Notes under the pieces: model-generated | What the model was told of the DNA's origin: nothing | Databases searched by the model: none | What the model saw: only the letters and a program-made list of their open reading frames with translations | Source of the DNA: Octopus bimaculoides | Lineage: Eukaryota | Assembly (NCBI RefSeq): GCF_001194135.2 | Contig: NC_068982.1 | Span: 93,538,122-93,602,121 of the forward strand | Length of the DNA: 64,000 nucleotides | Reading direction: 5' to 3' | Part shown: positions 26,801 through 38,635 of the stretch, in pieces | Position numbering within the stretch: position 1 is the first letter of the stretch | Layout of the letters: each line of letters begins with the position of its first letter | Translations under genes and position numbers: made by a program

Positions 26801-27006
26801 CATGTTGTATCCTATTGAAATGGACTTGATCTTTCAGCATTCTGTGGTCAGTTGTTAAGAGAAATTTATTTCAGTAAGGATGACAAATTCTCAGTAGTTC
26901 TCAGAAATAGTAAGGTACTGTACTAAATGTCTGATATTATTTAGATTTATGCTTTTACATTTTGACCTTATATCAAACTAGATATGACTTAGCTTTTCAT
27001 CTAGGG

Positions 27007-27262
27007 CAGTAACTCTCAAACATTTTTTACCTATGGACCCCTTTCATTCCTATTTTACTCTACTGGACCTTCATACCCATTCAATATTTTCAAAAGTCAT
27101 ATATTTATATAATTAAATATCATTAGGAATTGTATTAAAAAATTGTTAAAAATTTTATGTATTATAGAAATATAGCCAATTTATTGCACATAAATTTTAA
27201 CAGCAAAATTTTATATGGACCCCACCCCCAAGGGTCATGTGGACTGCAGTTGAGAACCACTA
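27007..27262 (+). mobile_element. hAT (Charlie-type) MITE, 256 bp
   Basis: Perfect 8-bp TSD ATCTAGGG at 26999-27006 and 27263-27270; TIRs CAGTAACTCTCAA / TTGAGAACCACTA. Confidence 0.85.
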
Positions 27263-27299
27263 ATCTAGGGTTCATAAAACAAGCACCAGAAATACATTT

Positions 27300-27930
27300 G
27301 TGAAAAACAGTGGAGGGAGCCTATGGAAGAGATAGACCCAGGAAGACATGGGATAAGGTGATGAAGGACAACCTTCGAGCATTAGGCCTCACAGAAGCAA
27401 TGACAAGCAACCGAGACCTTTGGAGATATGCTGTGCTCGAGAAGACCTGGCAAGCCAAGTGAGATTGTAGCTATGGCCAATGCCAGTGTCACATAACTGG
27501 CCCATTTAAAAGCATCCTTCAATCATTGGGCAATATGCCGTGCTTCTGAAGACCTGTTGAAGCAAGTGAAATCATAGTCATGACCGATGCCGCTGCCGCC
27601 TGACTGACACCCATGCTAGTAGCACATAAAAAACACCATTTGAGCATGGCCAATACCAATGCCACCTGACTGGTACCCATGCCAGTGGCACATAAAAAGC
27701 ACCATTTGAGTGTGGTCAGTGCCAGTGCCCCCTGACCAGCTCCCATGCTGGTGGCATGTAAAAAGCACCCACTACACTCTCGGAGTAGTTGGCATTAAGA
27801 AGGGCATCCAACTGTAGAAACCTTACCAAATCAGACTGGAGCCTGGTGCAGCCTCCCATTTTGTCAGTCCTTAGTCAAACCATCCAGCCCATGCCAGCAT
27901 GGAAAGCAGACGCTAAACAACAACAATGAT
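27300..27930 (+). mobile_element. Older RTE LINE 3' end
   Basis: GRDRPRKTWDKVMKDNLRALGLTEAMTSNRDLWRYAVLEKT, then the repeat-containing 3' UTR and a GAT/GGT tail. Confidence 0.85.
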
Positions 27931-30290
27931 GATGATGATGGTGGTGGTCGTGGTGGTGGTGGTGGTGGTGGTGGTGGTGATGATGATGATAAATATTTAA
28001 TTCTCCCATTCACTATTATATCTTACCTGATCAGAGGTATCCTTCAACATATAATTCAGAATAGAAGAATGGGAATTGTAACATTCATGCTTTTCTCAAA
28101 GGCATTATTAAGAAATTAAACTGGATTACAGAATTATTTAGGTAGGAGTTTATTATCCATGATATGGCACTGGTCTCATCATAGAATGTTGGGTGTACTT
28201 TAATTGATTTTCTCAACGTCAGTATTATATTTTACATATCTGGAACTTATATTTTACATATCTATGCTTAATACTTAATGTTGAGTATGTTGAATAGTTT
28301 TCAAATGCAGACTCAAACTATTAGAAAGTGAACTCAGAGCTGAAGCATATCATTCTATATCACTGGGCTACATAATAATAAAATATTTGTCTTTTGCATT
28401 ATTGTTGATAGCAACTGAAGTAATTACTATTCTAATGGAAAACAAAATGTATTCTAGTAATTAATTGAAATACTAAATGAATATTGCAGTTTTAGTTAAC
28501 ATAAAATTATAATTGAAAGAAGAGGATGTACCTACAGCAAATAGTTTTGATTGTTCATTTGTCATATTCTCACTGTTGGTTACAAGATTTTCCCTGCTCT
28601 TTGTTATTTTTTTTGTTATTTTTAAAATTTGCTATTGAAATTAAACATGTATTTATCTATTTAATTATTTATCATTTCCATGGTTTTTCATGTATGTATT
28701 TGTGCATGGGTTAGTCTGCTACAAAAAGCTCACCGTAAAGCTTAATGGTATGGAGTTCAGACATATAAACATCTGAGCTTAGCATTAAATTTCTTCCTCT
28801 CTAACCAGACAAAATCAGGAAAACGAAAATGAAGTAGGTGTGTTCTAAAGCCACTTGAATAGGTTTCCTTAAAGGAGATATTTTTCAAATTACATTTTAG
28901 AGAGCCAAGCCAGGTCAGCTTGAAACAGTTCAAAGTAAGTGATGAAATAGATGTTCATTTATCTTTTGTTATGCTTTCAAATCCTTTGAAAATTGAGAAC
29001 AGGAGGTAGCTAGCTATAAGAACAGGTTAGTAATATAAACTGAATTAAGTGTCCTGAATTCCTGAAGTAGGATTTGTTAGCTGAGAAAATATATTCTAGT
29101 AAATGGCAAATATTTTCTCACACACTTTATTCTTTTTTTTTTCAATTACATGTAGAGAAATTAAATCTTCTTCAGTATTTTATTCTTTTATTATTTTTCT
29201 TTTACTTTAGTTTTTTTTTTCTGGTTTTTGATATCATTTAATATCATACTGCAAATGAAAGACAAAGTTTGTATCACAGAAGCATTTTTTTCCTTCTAAA
29301 ATTTTACAGACAGATTTTAAATAAAAGAAACACACTCACACACACAGATGAAGATACAGGTACATAAAAGCCTTTGAACACACACACACAGATGCAAGCA
29401 TTCACACATATTCTGATGGTTGCTTTAGAGAGTGTCAACTTCCAATTCAACAGATTTTTCTGTTTTCCTATGTTTTTCGTTCATGATGTTGTTGTTGTTG
29501 TGGTGGTGGTGGTGGAGGTGGCGGCGGCGGCGGTGGTGGTGTAGCCTCAAGTCAATTCTGATCCTGTGCAGTCCTATAATATACAGGCTGGAAGCCACAG
29601 ATCTATCATCCAGGTTATACTATGTATTCACCCATATATTGTGCAGTTGACAGTCTGAACAAATTAGACTTTTACCTTTATCCAATCCATTCATGTATGC
29701 CAACAGATTTTGGTAATAGCCACAGCAACTATGGACAACAGCTCTACTTTCACCAGATATCTTGTAAATGTTCAGTAGACTGAGTATTTTAGAAAGCCCA
29801 GTAGATTGGGCTTTACTGTTGGCTAGTAAGGAGAAGATAGAATTCAAAGTGTAGGAAAAGGTTATTAATGATTCCATTAGCTTTGAGGTGATTTCTTTAC
29901 ATTGACAAAGAGTCTTAAATATACTGGGAAGAGGAGTTATCAATTGATTTGATATGAATATTTGTCTTATAAACTCCAAATGGATAAAACATAAAAATGA
30001 AAGATTTGAACATCAAGGTTAAGAAACTAAATACCCAATACATTTATTATATCACACTACCATCTTTTTGTAAGGTACTTTAATTAATTATGCAAAAAAG
30101 AATCCTTTCCTGAACACTACTCTTTCTGAAAATTCTACCATTCTTTACAAACAAGTGTGCAATAGTTTCTAAGTATCACATTTTAAAAGTAAATTGTTGT
30201 TTTGGATCTTTTTGGTTTGACGGGCAACATTTTTCATTTATGTTTTATGTAGTGTTTTTGGTACCGAAACACTTTCAAACTTCATATACT

Positions 30291-30430
30291 TGTATATTTT
30301 GTGTTATAGAACAAATAAAAATTTTTATATTCGAAGTTATTTCATGTAAAAAATTGTCGTATTTCGGTAATTTCAACCAATCACTTACGTCTATTGAGGT
30401 GAAAACAATTACTGCTGTAGAATGTAAACA
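30291..30430 (+). repeat. Fragment of an unclassified repeat (reverse complement of 47300-47447)
   Basis: Shares TTTTATATTCGAAGTTATTTCATG, CGTATTTCGGTAATTTCAACCAATCACT and CGTCTATTGAGGTGAAAACAATTACTGCTGT. Confidence 0.8.
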
Positions 30431-30611
30431 ACATATTCTAACGGTGTTAGAACTAATTTTTGTTAAGAAGGCTAAGAGAAAAAGATGTTTTATATGACAC
30501 ATTCTACCAGTATCCCAAGTTTGAAAGTGTTTCGTTAAGAAAACAAGTGTTGTCTGTCAAACCAAAAAGATCCGTTGTTTTTACATTATTTTTTGTTTTG
30601 TTACATTGCAG

Positions 30612-30718
30612 ATTTGCATTCTTGAAAGAAACAGCTGATTCAAGATTATCCATAACTGTAACACCGTGTGCATCAGACATAAACTGGAGGGTTATATTTA
30701 AAAGATTACATTCTAATT
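30612..30718 (+). CDS. NDNF: NDNF coding exon 2
   Basis: Acceptor TTGTTTTGTTACATTGCAG|A (phase 2 fits exon 1); FAFLKETADSRLSITVTPCASDINWRV matches the NDNF LS(V/I)TVTPC...W motif; donor T|GTAAGT (phase 1). Confidence 0.9.
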
Positions 30719-30764
30719 GTAAGTTTTTATTTGATATTATATATAGAAAAACATAACTGACCTT

Positions 30765-30935
30765 GTTGCTTAGCATTCAAAGCAACCATATCCGTCCAAA
30801 ATATTCTACTTGTCATTCTAAAAATAAATAATCACATCATCAAACTCTCAAAGCTACAAGATAATGCATGTTTAATTGAAAACAATATGAATAAATAAGC
30901 ATTACATTTTACAGAATAATCTGAATGCTAAAGGG
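30765..30935 (-). mobile_element. Second, inverted copy of the piggyBac-type MITE
   Basis: Reverse complement CCCTTTAGCATTCAGATTATTCTGTAAAATGTAATGCTTATT... aligns to 24223 onward with about 10 mismatches in 75 nt; other end degraded. Confidence 0.75.
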
Positions 30936-31517
30936 TTTACATTAATTTAACATTAAAACCCATGAATTTGTGTGCATGTGTGGGAGAGGGTGTGTGCATG
31001 GTAATGCTTTCTGCTAGATTATTACATTCTTTCCAACATGCAAGCTACACTTTCTGATAAATTTAATTGAAAAATTCAAAATATAAGTCTTAAGGAATGT
31101 AATTATTTCTTATTCTATGCTCTTAATATTCCCACCACTGGAAAAACAAAAGGAAAAAAAAGCTAATATGAAAACCTTTGTGTAATCTCACCACCTACAA
31201 GAAATCAATCCATACCATCTTTGAAAAGGAAAAGTACATTGATAATGTAGTTCAAGGTACATTGTGTCTGAAAACATGGACATGATCATGGTTTGAACAT
31301 TTCCTATCACAGACAGACATGAAGTAAAATAACAACAAATTATAATTTAAGTAATTTAAAAGACAGATCATCATCATATAACACTCATGTTCCATACTAA
31401 CATGGGTTAGATGACTTGACTTGGCAGGATCCAATGTATCCAAGGACTGCAAGACACTCCAGTGTCTGCTTTGGCATGGTTTTTATGACTGGATACCCTT
31501 CCTAATGCCAACCACTC

Positions 31518-32128
31518 TACTGGGGGCATTGTCTGTTTGAGACAAGCTCTTCAGGCATGGAAGTGCCAACAGCCAAACCTGCCTGAGATGCATGCAATTA
31601 TTCCGTGTCCGTGCATTAGAGACATGTGGGTTTGTGTTGAGCAGTTGCTGTCTTATGTAAGACAAATCCAGCTGTCCACTGAGTATGTAGTGAAGACCCA
31701 AGCACCGCCTTGCTTTGGCAGAAAAGAAAGGCAGATTTTTCTCTGCTTAGTGACTGTGGCAAAAGAGGTTGTGTGGTGAATCCATCTGAAAGGTTTGAAA
31801 GCAGACACTTTCCTACCTGATTAAACACTCATCAATTTCTTCAAATATCATCTGAAAAGGAAGGTGAGGGTAGAGAGGGAAGTACTGCCTTTTAATGTGT
31901 TTATCAAAAAATAGATAAGAGTGGCAAGACTGGTGAGACTGAATGGATCTACTCTGAGTATGCCTTTCTAAGTAGAAGAAAACAAACTGGAAGATGGCAC
32001 TTCCCATGCCTTGGGAATGGCAGAGTAATATGTGTCTTTTGATGAGGTTCACCCTGCATTACCCTAAGAGGACTGCCCTGCTATTGGGGATTCTATTTAT
32101 TTCTCTAACTTCTATTTGTATATCCTTT
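31518..32128 (+). mobile_element. Second Tx1-like LINE 3' fragment
   Basis: Collinear with 16850-17470 (GCTCTTCAGGCATGGAAGTGCCAACAGC, TTTTCTCTGCTTAGTG.CTGTGGCAAAAGAGGTTGTG); followed by (AAT)n(ATT)n. Confidence 0.8.
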
Positions 32129-32148
32129 AATAATAATAATAATAATAA

Positions 32149-32179
<31 letters not shown>

Positions 32180-32301
32180 TTGTAAAACTTATGATTATGA
32201 TTAATGAAATTGAATAATTTTGTATTTGTCGAAGAATTTTTTGTGTATGCTGATAATCAAAGTAATTTTTTTTTCTGTTCTTTTTACCCTGCCAATTGCA
32301 G

Positions 32302-33623
32302 CACAGTTTGAATCTGCAGGCACACCAATATCACAGTCTCTTGCTCTTCAAAACTTTTCGGGAGATGCTAGCAATACCTACCAAGAGAAGGAAGGACGCA
32401 AGGGTCTTTATATAGTTGAATTAGAAGCAATAACTTCTGAAACTTATGCAAGAGTCTATGTCACAACTACTCCTGATATTGACAACATTTTCCCCTTGCC
32501 ACCAGCAGATAACCATCTCAACACAACCATGAAAACAGCAAAAGATGTCAGTGTCGCATGGAAACCAAGTTCATCATCTACCAATAAAATCAAGTACTGT
32601 GTATCTTTTAGTCGGAAAAGACAATTTTATACCAACTGTGGAGTTTTAGCACATTTCCATGGTGATGCAAAACCCACTCTTCCACCTCACACTGGGTTTG
32701 GATTTAAAGAAGAAAAGAAAAAAAGGCTTTTAAGAAAATCAGCAAAGCCTATTCGTTCAGCTCCAAAAGGGCATATTTTTTACGATTGCGTTGGAAGTAA
32801 ACTTTCTTATACGTTTAAAAAAGGCAAACCAGGTCGAAAGTACTTTATCAATGTGTTTGCTATTAACTCCACTTCTAATATGTCAATCAGTTATGCTGGT
32901 GTACAAGTTAAGCTTAAACGAAACAAGAAAAAACGTTTTGTAGTGAAAGAAAATAAAGTGCAAACACTAGTAATCAAACGGAGAAAAATACCAAAATTAT
33001 ATTTTAGTCTTTCACGAAATGTTAAGGCTTTGAATCTATTTTTGCAAGCCTGTGGTGATGTCATGAAAATACGTGTTACTAAAAGTAAGCAAAAAACAAA
33101 AGTTGTACGCAGTAGCATAACATTTTTTAGAAAACTTGTCTTGAAAGATCTTGAAGCTGGAAATTACCAGATTCGTGTATCTCGAGACAAAAAAAATCAT
33201 GGACTGCAGCAATCCCTTACATTATTATTGCAAGACAGTTCTTCACATATTGATGTTCCTAGACTTCCACACAATGCAAAAGTAACAGTTTTAAGCAACT
33301 CTACCCTCTGCAACCAAGTGACAATTTCTTGGAATGCTACAGAAAAGAATCAACGCTATTGTGTATACAAAAGTAAAATTCCTAAAATAATTCCCGAAAT
33401 CAGAGCCAATAGAAAGGTACAACCACAGTGCGTTGCAGTTGCATCAAGAAAAAAATTTGCAAAATTGTTTTGTAAAGTAGCAAATAAACAAAAAGTGTTC
33501 ACAGAAACTATTGACAAATTAACTCCAGGGACAAGTTATATGGTTTCTGTCTATGTAGGTCTTCGGGAACGAGAAATGTTTGCTTATCAATCTGTGTTTG
33601 TGACAACCAAATCGTATTGCTAA
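32302..33623 (+). CDS. NDNF: NDNF coding exon 3 (large terminal exon with two FN3-like domains)
   Basis: Acceptor CTTTTTACCCTGCCAATTGCAG|CA is phase 1 compatible (alternative AG 18 nt downstream, exon start 32320). Motifs GLYIVELEA..VYVTTTPD..FPLPP, VAWKPS, KYCV, YFINVFAINSTSNMSISYAG, LPHNAKV..CNQVTISW, RYCVYK, ETIDKLTPGTSYMVSVYV, YQSVFVTTKSYC* match NDNF from memory. Exons total 1644 nt = 547 aa plus stop. Confidence 0.92.
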
Positions 33624-33955
33624 CCTAAGAATTATAAATATTGCCATGTACATATGCAGACATACAAAATTATGATACATGTTCATGTTTGCTCGGGTAA
33701 ATTGGAGCGAATGAAAGGGAGAGAAAGGCAGGGAAAAATGTGGTTTTGTATTATGTTGATCTGAATGTGGGATTGTATTAGCATCTGTGTACATATATTA
33801 AATTTTTTTTTCACTCACTTATTGATAAACGGGTGGTGACTGAATTAGGGTCTCTATAACCTTTTTCCAGACATTTTACTTTTTATTTTATTTTTATCGT
33901 TAAAGAAAACCCACCAACTTACAAATGAGTATTATTGTTATTATTATTATCATTA

Positions 33956-34009
<54 letters not shown>

Positions 34010-36902
34010 GTGAAATGATGCAATCAAATTATAATTTCTTTCTATAGGTTCTATTCTTGAAATCGTATTGACAGCTAATGTTACCTCTTATGTAGCTATA
34101 AACTATAATACTGTTGCTGAGCAGTAGTCAAAATTGGACCAAATATTATGCAAGCCATGTCAGTAATTACGATTCATTTATTCTTAATACCTCAATATTT
34201 CTTCATTTGAGCCTCAAAATATAAAGCTTAAAACTGATCCAGCAAATCAAATACTTAATCAATCTTTCATGAATAGCATTCTGATGAATATCATTGCTAA
34301 TTTTAATATTTGCGCTTTTGTTGAGTGATCAGTTCTCATCTGTCTAGCTATCAATTACAAGTACTTTTACAGTACAAGCTTCACTTGTTGCCAATGAGCT
34401 CTTGCTTTGTCCCATTATCAGAATCTTCTCTTAGACCCTGCTGGTGCAATTCAGGGGAGGCAAGAACAACACTTCTAACATATTTGGCTGGTCAAATTGA
34501 TGTTCAGTGTCTGGATCTCGCTTGGAACACCTGTCCCACATTGCAACTTCCATATGATGTAAATTTACATAATATTTTGATAAATTAATAGCAACATTTT
34601 GATAATCAAAATTTAAAAAGTAAACAATAATGAATAAAAATGTACATAACTTATATTAGATGTCTTAATTTGTATTAATTTGTCAGATCAGAAGAATTGT
34701 GCCATGACCTTTGTAAGCCTTTCCAAGACTGATGACTGTGATGCAGTTCAGTTTGAATACAAAAGTTCAGTTTTATCTTTTGTACTTTTAACATCTGCAA
34801 GGCAAACAAAAGTGGAAAGGTATATTCACAATTTTCTGCTTTGAGAAGGAATGATTGGACAAAATATTTAATGTGAGATTTTGCTCAGTGAAACACAGTA
34901 AAGATGATAAAATGAAGAGAAACAGATGGATTGAGCAGGCTAGTGAGGTGGCCTATTCATTTCTCTAGTCCAGAGGAGCGAGTTGTTATAGTTGTGATAG
35001 GGAATATGTACAAATAAACAGCATGTCTGAAGCCAATGCTTGTAGTCATCCGTATGTTGTAGTTACACCTTCCTAAATATGTGAACAGTATTCTAATATT
35101 CATTTAAGGTGAAATTCAGAAACAGGTAATGGTGATGTAGTATCTGGCTCTGAAGAAGCTTAATTTTTACAATACAGTTATTGCTGTGTTATATATGTGA
35201 TGTTACTAAAAACAATTGTCAGAAATTGTCTATGAAGCATTTGCAGTGATTTGAGAGACTTAGTTGCATGTTATTCATGCACTGGGAGAATATAGTGCAA
35301 GATTCTTTTACATGTGTAGTGATCATGTTTCTGAGTTTCTGAAGGAGACAAAGTTACCATGACTTCATTACAGAATGTTTTTGAGTTCTCTGTTCATAGA
35401 AGCAGCGTATATCTAACATGAAATGTAGATGATACCTGAGTGTGGAAAATCAAAGAGGATTGAAAGTTGACATCATCTGCAAAATTGTTGCCTGTGTGTG
35501 ATAAGAAGTGACAACAAGTAGGTCATTAATGTACAGAAGCAAGAGTAAGAAATATAGATCAGCTTTGGAGTATATCACACTTAAGATAGTATCTTCTAAA
35601 TTTGATAAATGTGTTTCATTTTTGATAAGTTTCATTAAACATCAAAATAAAATGATAAGGATGAAGGTGGAATCACTTTCCTTCAGTACAGAATAGCATG
35701 AAATGTTATAATTGAAAAATCAAATATCATCATTTGGAGAGATGGTTAAACATTTTGGGCATGAATGCAGGAGTATTTACCTATGTATCTTAGAGAAGTC
35801 TTAAATCTTTGATAGAAGTTCAATTAATATCTACATTATCTCCCTTAAAAATGCTTCTGTCTTTTGTTCATAAATGACATGTAACTAATAATAAATGCAA
35901 AGGAAAATAGTAGGAAATACACATTAGATGTACTTTGAATAAAATGTTAGATTATTGGGGCACTGCTTAAACTTAAATATCTTTACACCAGAAATTGGAC
36001 TGATTTCCTGTTGCCTGTTTTAGAATTTCAGCTCAACATCGTGTACTAATTAAACAGTGATCAGAACATCTCTATGATTTCTATTTTTCAGCTAGGTGGA
36101 TTAATATTTACTTAGCTTTGCCAATACAATGAGTGTTGGCAATGGAATTAAAAACAATTGACTCTTCAGCTGTTGTATTCTAGATATTATGGATTCTGCC
36201 AAAAGTCTCTTTATCACTTTCCTTGATTTATACTTGAGCTTTAGGATACATATTTATAGAGAAATAAAGTCAGATTAGAGGGTTTAATGCTTTTCTCAAG
36301 GTCTTTAACAGCATAAGTGAAATGAATTGGCTTCAACCAAGAATAAAAACTGGCTTGATTACCTTTTTCTCTATAGTGTTCATTACTATCTACCATTATT
36401 TCTTACATAAACACAAGACCAATTTTTGTACATGAATAGTGTTGCCAGTTGAATCAACCCAGTATATTACTGGCTCTTTATTTTATCAATGCCAGAAGGA
36501 TGAATAAGAAAGTTGACTTGTGTAGAATTTGGACAGAAAAATCTACAAATATCAAAAACTAAAAACCATTATGATTTTAGTATAACATCCCTCACACACA
36601 CATCCCATTGCTTCAGTCAACTTGACTTCTTTTTTAACACCTAAACACCTCATTTACTTCACCTGTTAATGTAGAATATTTCAGGCCAGTAGTGAATTCA
36701 TTTTCACTGCTTTGGTAGTCATTTTTTACTTTATGTAATTTGCATTCAATCAATGGCATCATAGTATCATTTACCATAATGTTATGGGGAAAGTTTGTTT
36801 TGTGGTGATGACAATAATTGTAATCAGAAAAGAAATTTTATTAACAACAACCAAACAAACATCATAGAATTGTCCTTGTGAAACAGTTGAGACATATATA
36901 TG

Positions 36903-36937
<35 letters not shown>

Positions 36938-37310
36938 NNNNNNNNNNNNNNNNNNNNNNNNNNNNNNNNNNNNNNNNNNNNNNNNNNNNNNNNNNNNNNN
37001 NNNNNNNNNNNNNNNNNNNNNNNNNNNNNNNNNNNNNNNNNNNNNNNNNNNNNNNNNNNNNNNNNNNNNNNNNNNNNNNNNNNNNNNNNNNNNNNNNNNN
37101 NNNNNNNNNNNNNNNNNNNNNNNNNNNNNNNNNNNNNNNNNNNNNNNNNNNNNNNNNNNNNNNNNNNNNNNNNNNNNNNNNNNNNNNNNNNNNNNNNNNN
37201 NNNNNNNNNNNNNNNNNNNNNNNNNNNNNNNNNNNNNNNNNNNNNNNNNNNNNNNNNNNNNNNTATATATATATATATATATATATACTTTATTTAAAAG
37301 CAGTTTTGTT

Positions 37311-37357
37311 AACAAAACTGTCCGACGAACGTGAAACTCTGAGTAACAGCTTTTGTT
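37311..37357 (+). ncRNA. Ultra-minimal type I hammerhead-like motif (CCGACGA core, 4-nt stem II region)
   Basis: AACAAAACTGT / CCGACGA / ACGT / GAAA / near-palindromic ACTC-T-GAGT / GUA / ACAG(C)TTTTGTT. Stem I about 11 bp with one bulge; enclosed by an outer CTTTATTTAAAAGCAG / CTGCTTTTAAATAAAG hairpin. Confidence 0.65.
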
Positions 37358-37648
37358 ATATTTCTGCTGCTTTTAAATAAAGCATATTACTCTACCTCTG
37401 GTGTTTGAGTATTCTTTTTTCCACCTTGTTTCACATTTATGTGCTTACTGCGGTATTTTGATATATATATATATATATATATAAAGCAGTTGTATACTGT
37501 TGACTTTACGTGACAATCCCAATAAGGGAATCATACTGCTGCTATTTAGCCCTAAGAAGTTGGACCGCTTCCTGTTGGCCTTGATACGTTTTCTGTGTCC
37601 TTTTGTTTATGAGGGAGAGACAAGCACCGCCACCCAGCCTAGCCTGCC

Positions 37649-37691
37649 TTCAGCGATATGTTTCTGAGTTTTTGCTCGTCATCAGCCTGAA
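37649..37691 (-). ncRNA. Type I hammerhead motif, left arm
   Basis: TTCAGG / CTGATGA / CGAG-CAAAAA-CTCA / GAAA / CATAT C / GCTGAA. Core intact; stem III palindrome ACATGT is altered to ACATAT. Confidence 0.7.
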
Positions 37692-37760
37692 GTGTTTTCA
37701 CTAGAAATATATATGTTTGTGAGAGGTTGACAGGCATCTTCAGCCAGCTGGTCATGCTAC

Positions 37761-37803
37761 TTCAGGCCGATGATGAGCATAGACTCAGAAACATGTCCCT
37801 GAA
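37761..37803 (+). ncRNA. Type I hammerhead motif, right arm (CCGATGA core)
   Basis: TTCAGG / CCGATGA / TGAG-CATAGA-CTCA / GAAA / palindrome ACATGT / GUC / CCTGAA. All stems perfect. Confidence 0.75.
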
Positions 37804-38289
37804 TGCAGGCTAGGCTGGGTGGAGGTGCTTGTCTCCTCCTCACAAATATAAGAACACAGGAAATGTATCAAGGCCGACAGGAAGCGGTCCAGCTTCTTAG
37901 GGCTAAATAGCAGCAGTATGATTCCCTTATTGGGACTGTCACGTTAAGTTGATAGTATACAACTGCTTTATCGTAACATTGCTGCTTAAGTCTCTCTGTG
38001 AGATTTATAATTAGATAATTTCTAATATANNNNNNNNNNNNNNNNNNNNNNNNNNNNNNNNNNNNNNNNNNNNNNNNNNNNNNNNNNNNNNNNNNNNNNN
38101 NNNNNNNNNNNNNNNNNNNNNNNNNNNNNNNNNNNNNNNNNNNNNNNNNNNNNNNNNNNNNNNNNNNNNNNNNNNNNNNNNNNNNNNNNNNNNNNNNNNN
38201 NNNNNNNNNNNNNNNNNNNNNAACTAACCAATTCAGATGATTATCATCTGAATTGGTTAGTTTTTCATTGTTTTTTCTTCTTGTTTTTT

Positions 38290-38540
38290 ACCTTTGTGAG
38301 TTACAAGTGATGCTATCTGTGAGATTCTCAGCTTTTTTAGCTGCTATTTCTGAACTTCGGTATATGGTGAAGCAAATATTTTGCTGATCCCTTAATTATA
38401 TTTATAAATATATGAACTTTTGAATAAGTTCTCCACCAATAATGGTGCTTTCATACCGATGGACTTGGTAAAAATTATTAATTATTAATTGATTTATTAA
38501 TTAATAAATTGATAATCCTTTACCCTTTTAATTTGTAATA
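38290..38540. repeat. About 250-bp direct repeat, also at 45910-46150
   Basis: GTTACAAGTGATGCTATCTGTG...GATAATCCTTTACCCTTTTAATTTGTA occurs at both sites with few differences; both follow N gaps. Confidence 0.85.
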
Positions 38541-38635
38541 ATTATATATATATATATAAGTATGCATATAAACATATACATGGGTGCATATACATATGTG
38601 CATATATATATATGTGTGTGTGTATGTGTATATAT

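Larger units (their letters stand above)
37482..37970. mobile_element. Long inverted repeat (arms about 210 bp, spacer about 65 bp) made of two Penelope-like pseudo-LTR copies
   Basis: Left arm starts TAAAGCAGTTGTATAC, right arm ends GTATACAACTGCTTTA; each arm holds a hammerhead motif; TA tract on the left. Confidence 0.75.

Noticed and set aside
27545-27590. CTGAAGA...GAAA in an RTE 3' UTR
   Set aside because: No U16.1 partner or NUH site; other copies read GCGAAGA, so the core match is incidental.
32220-32301. N-terminal 27 codons of the 467-aa ORF, which look like a signal peptide
   Set aside because: Starts at TTG and is the polypyrimidine tract of the exon 3 acceptor; the real signal peptide is in the 24512 exon.
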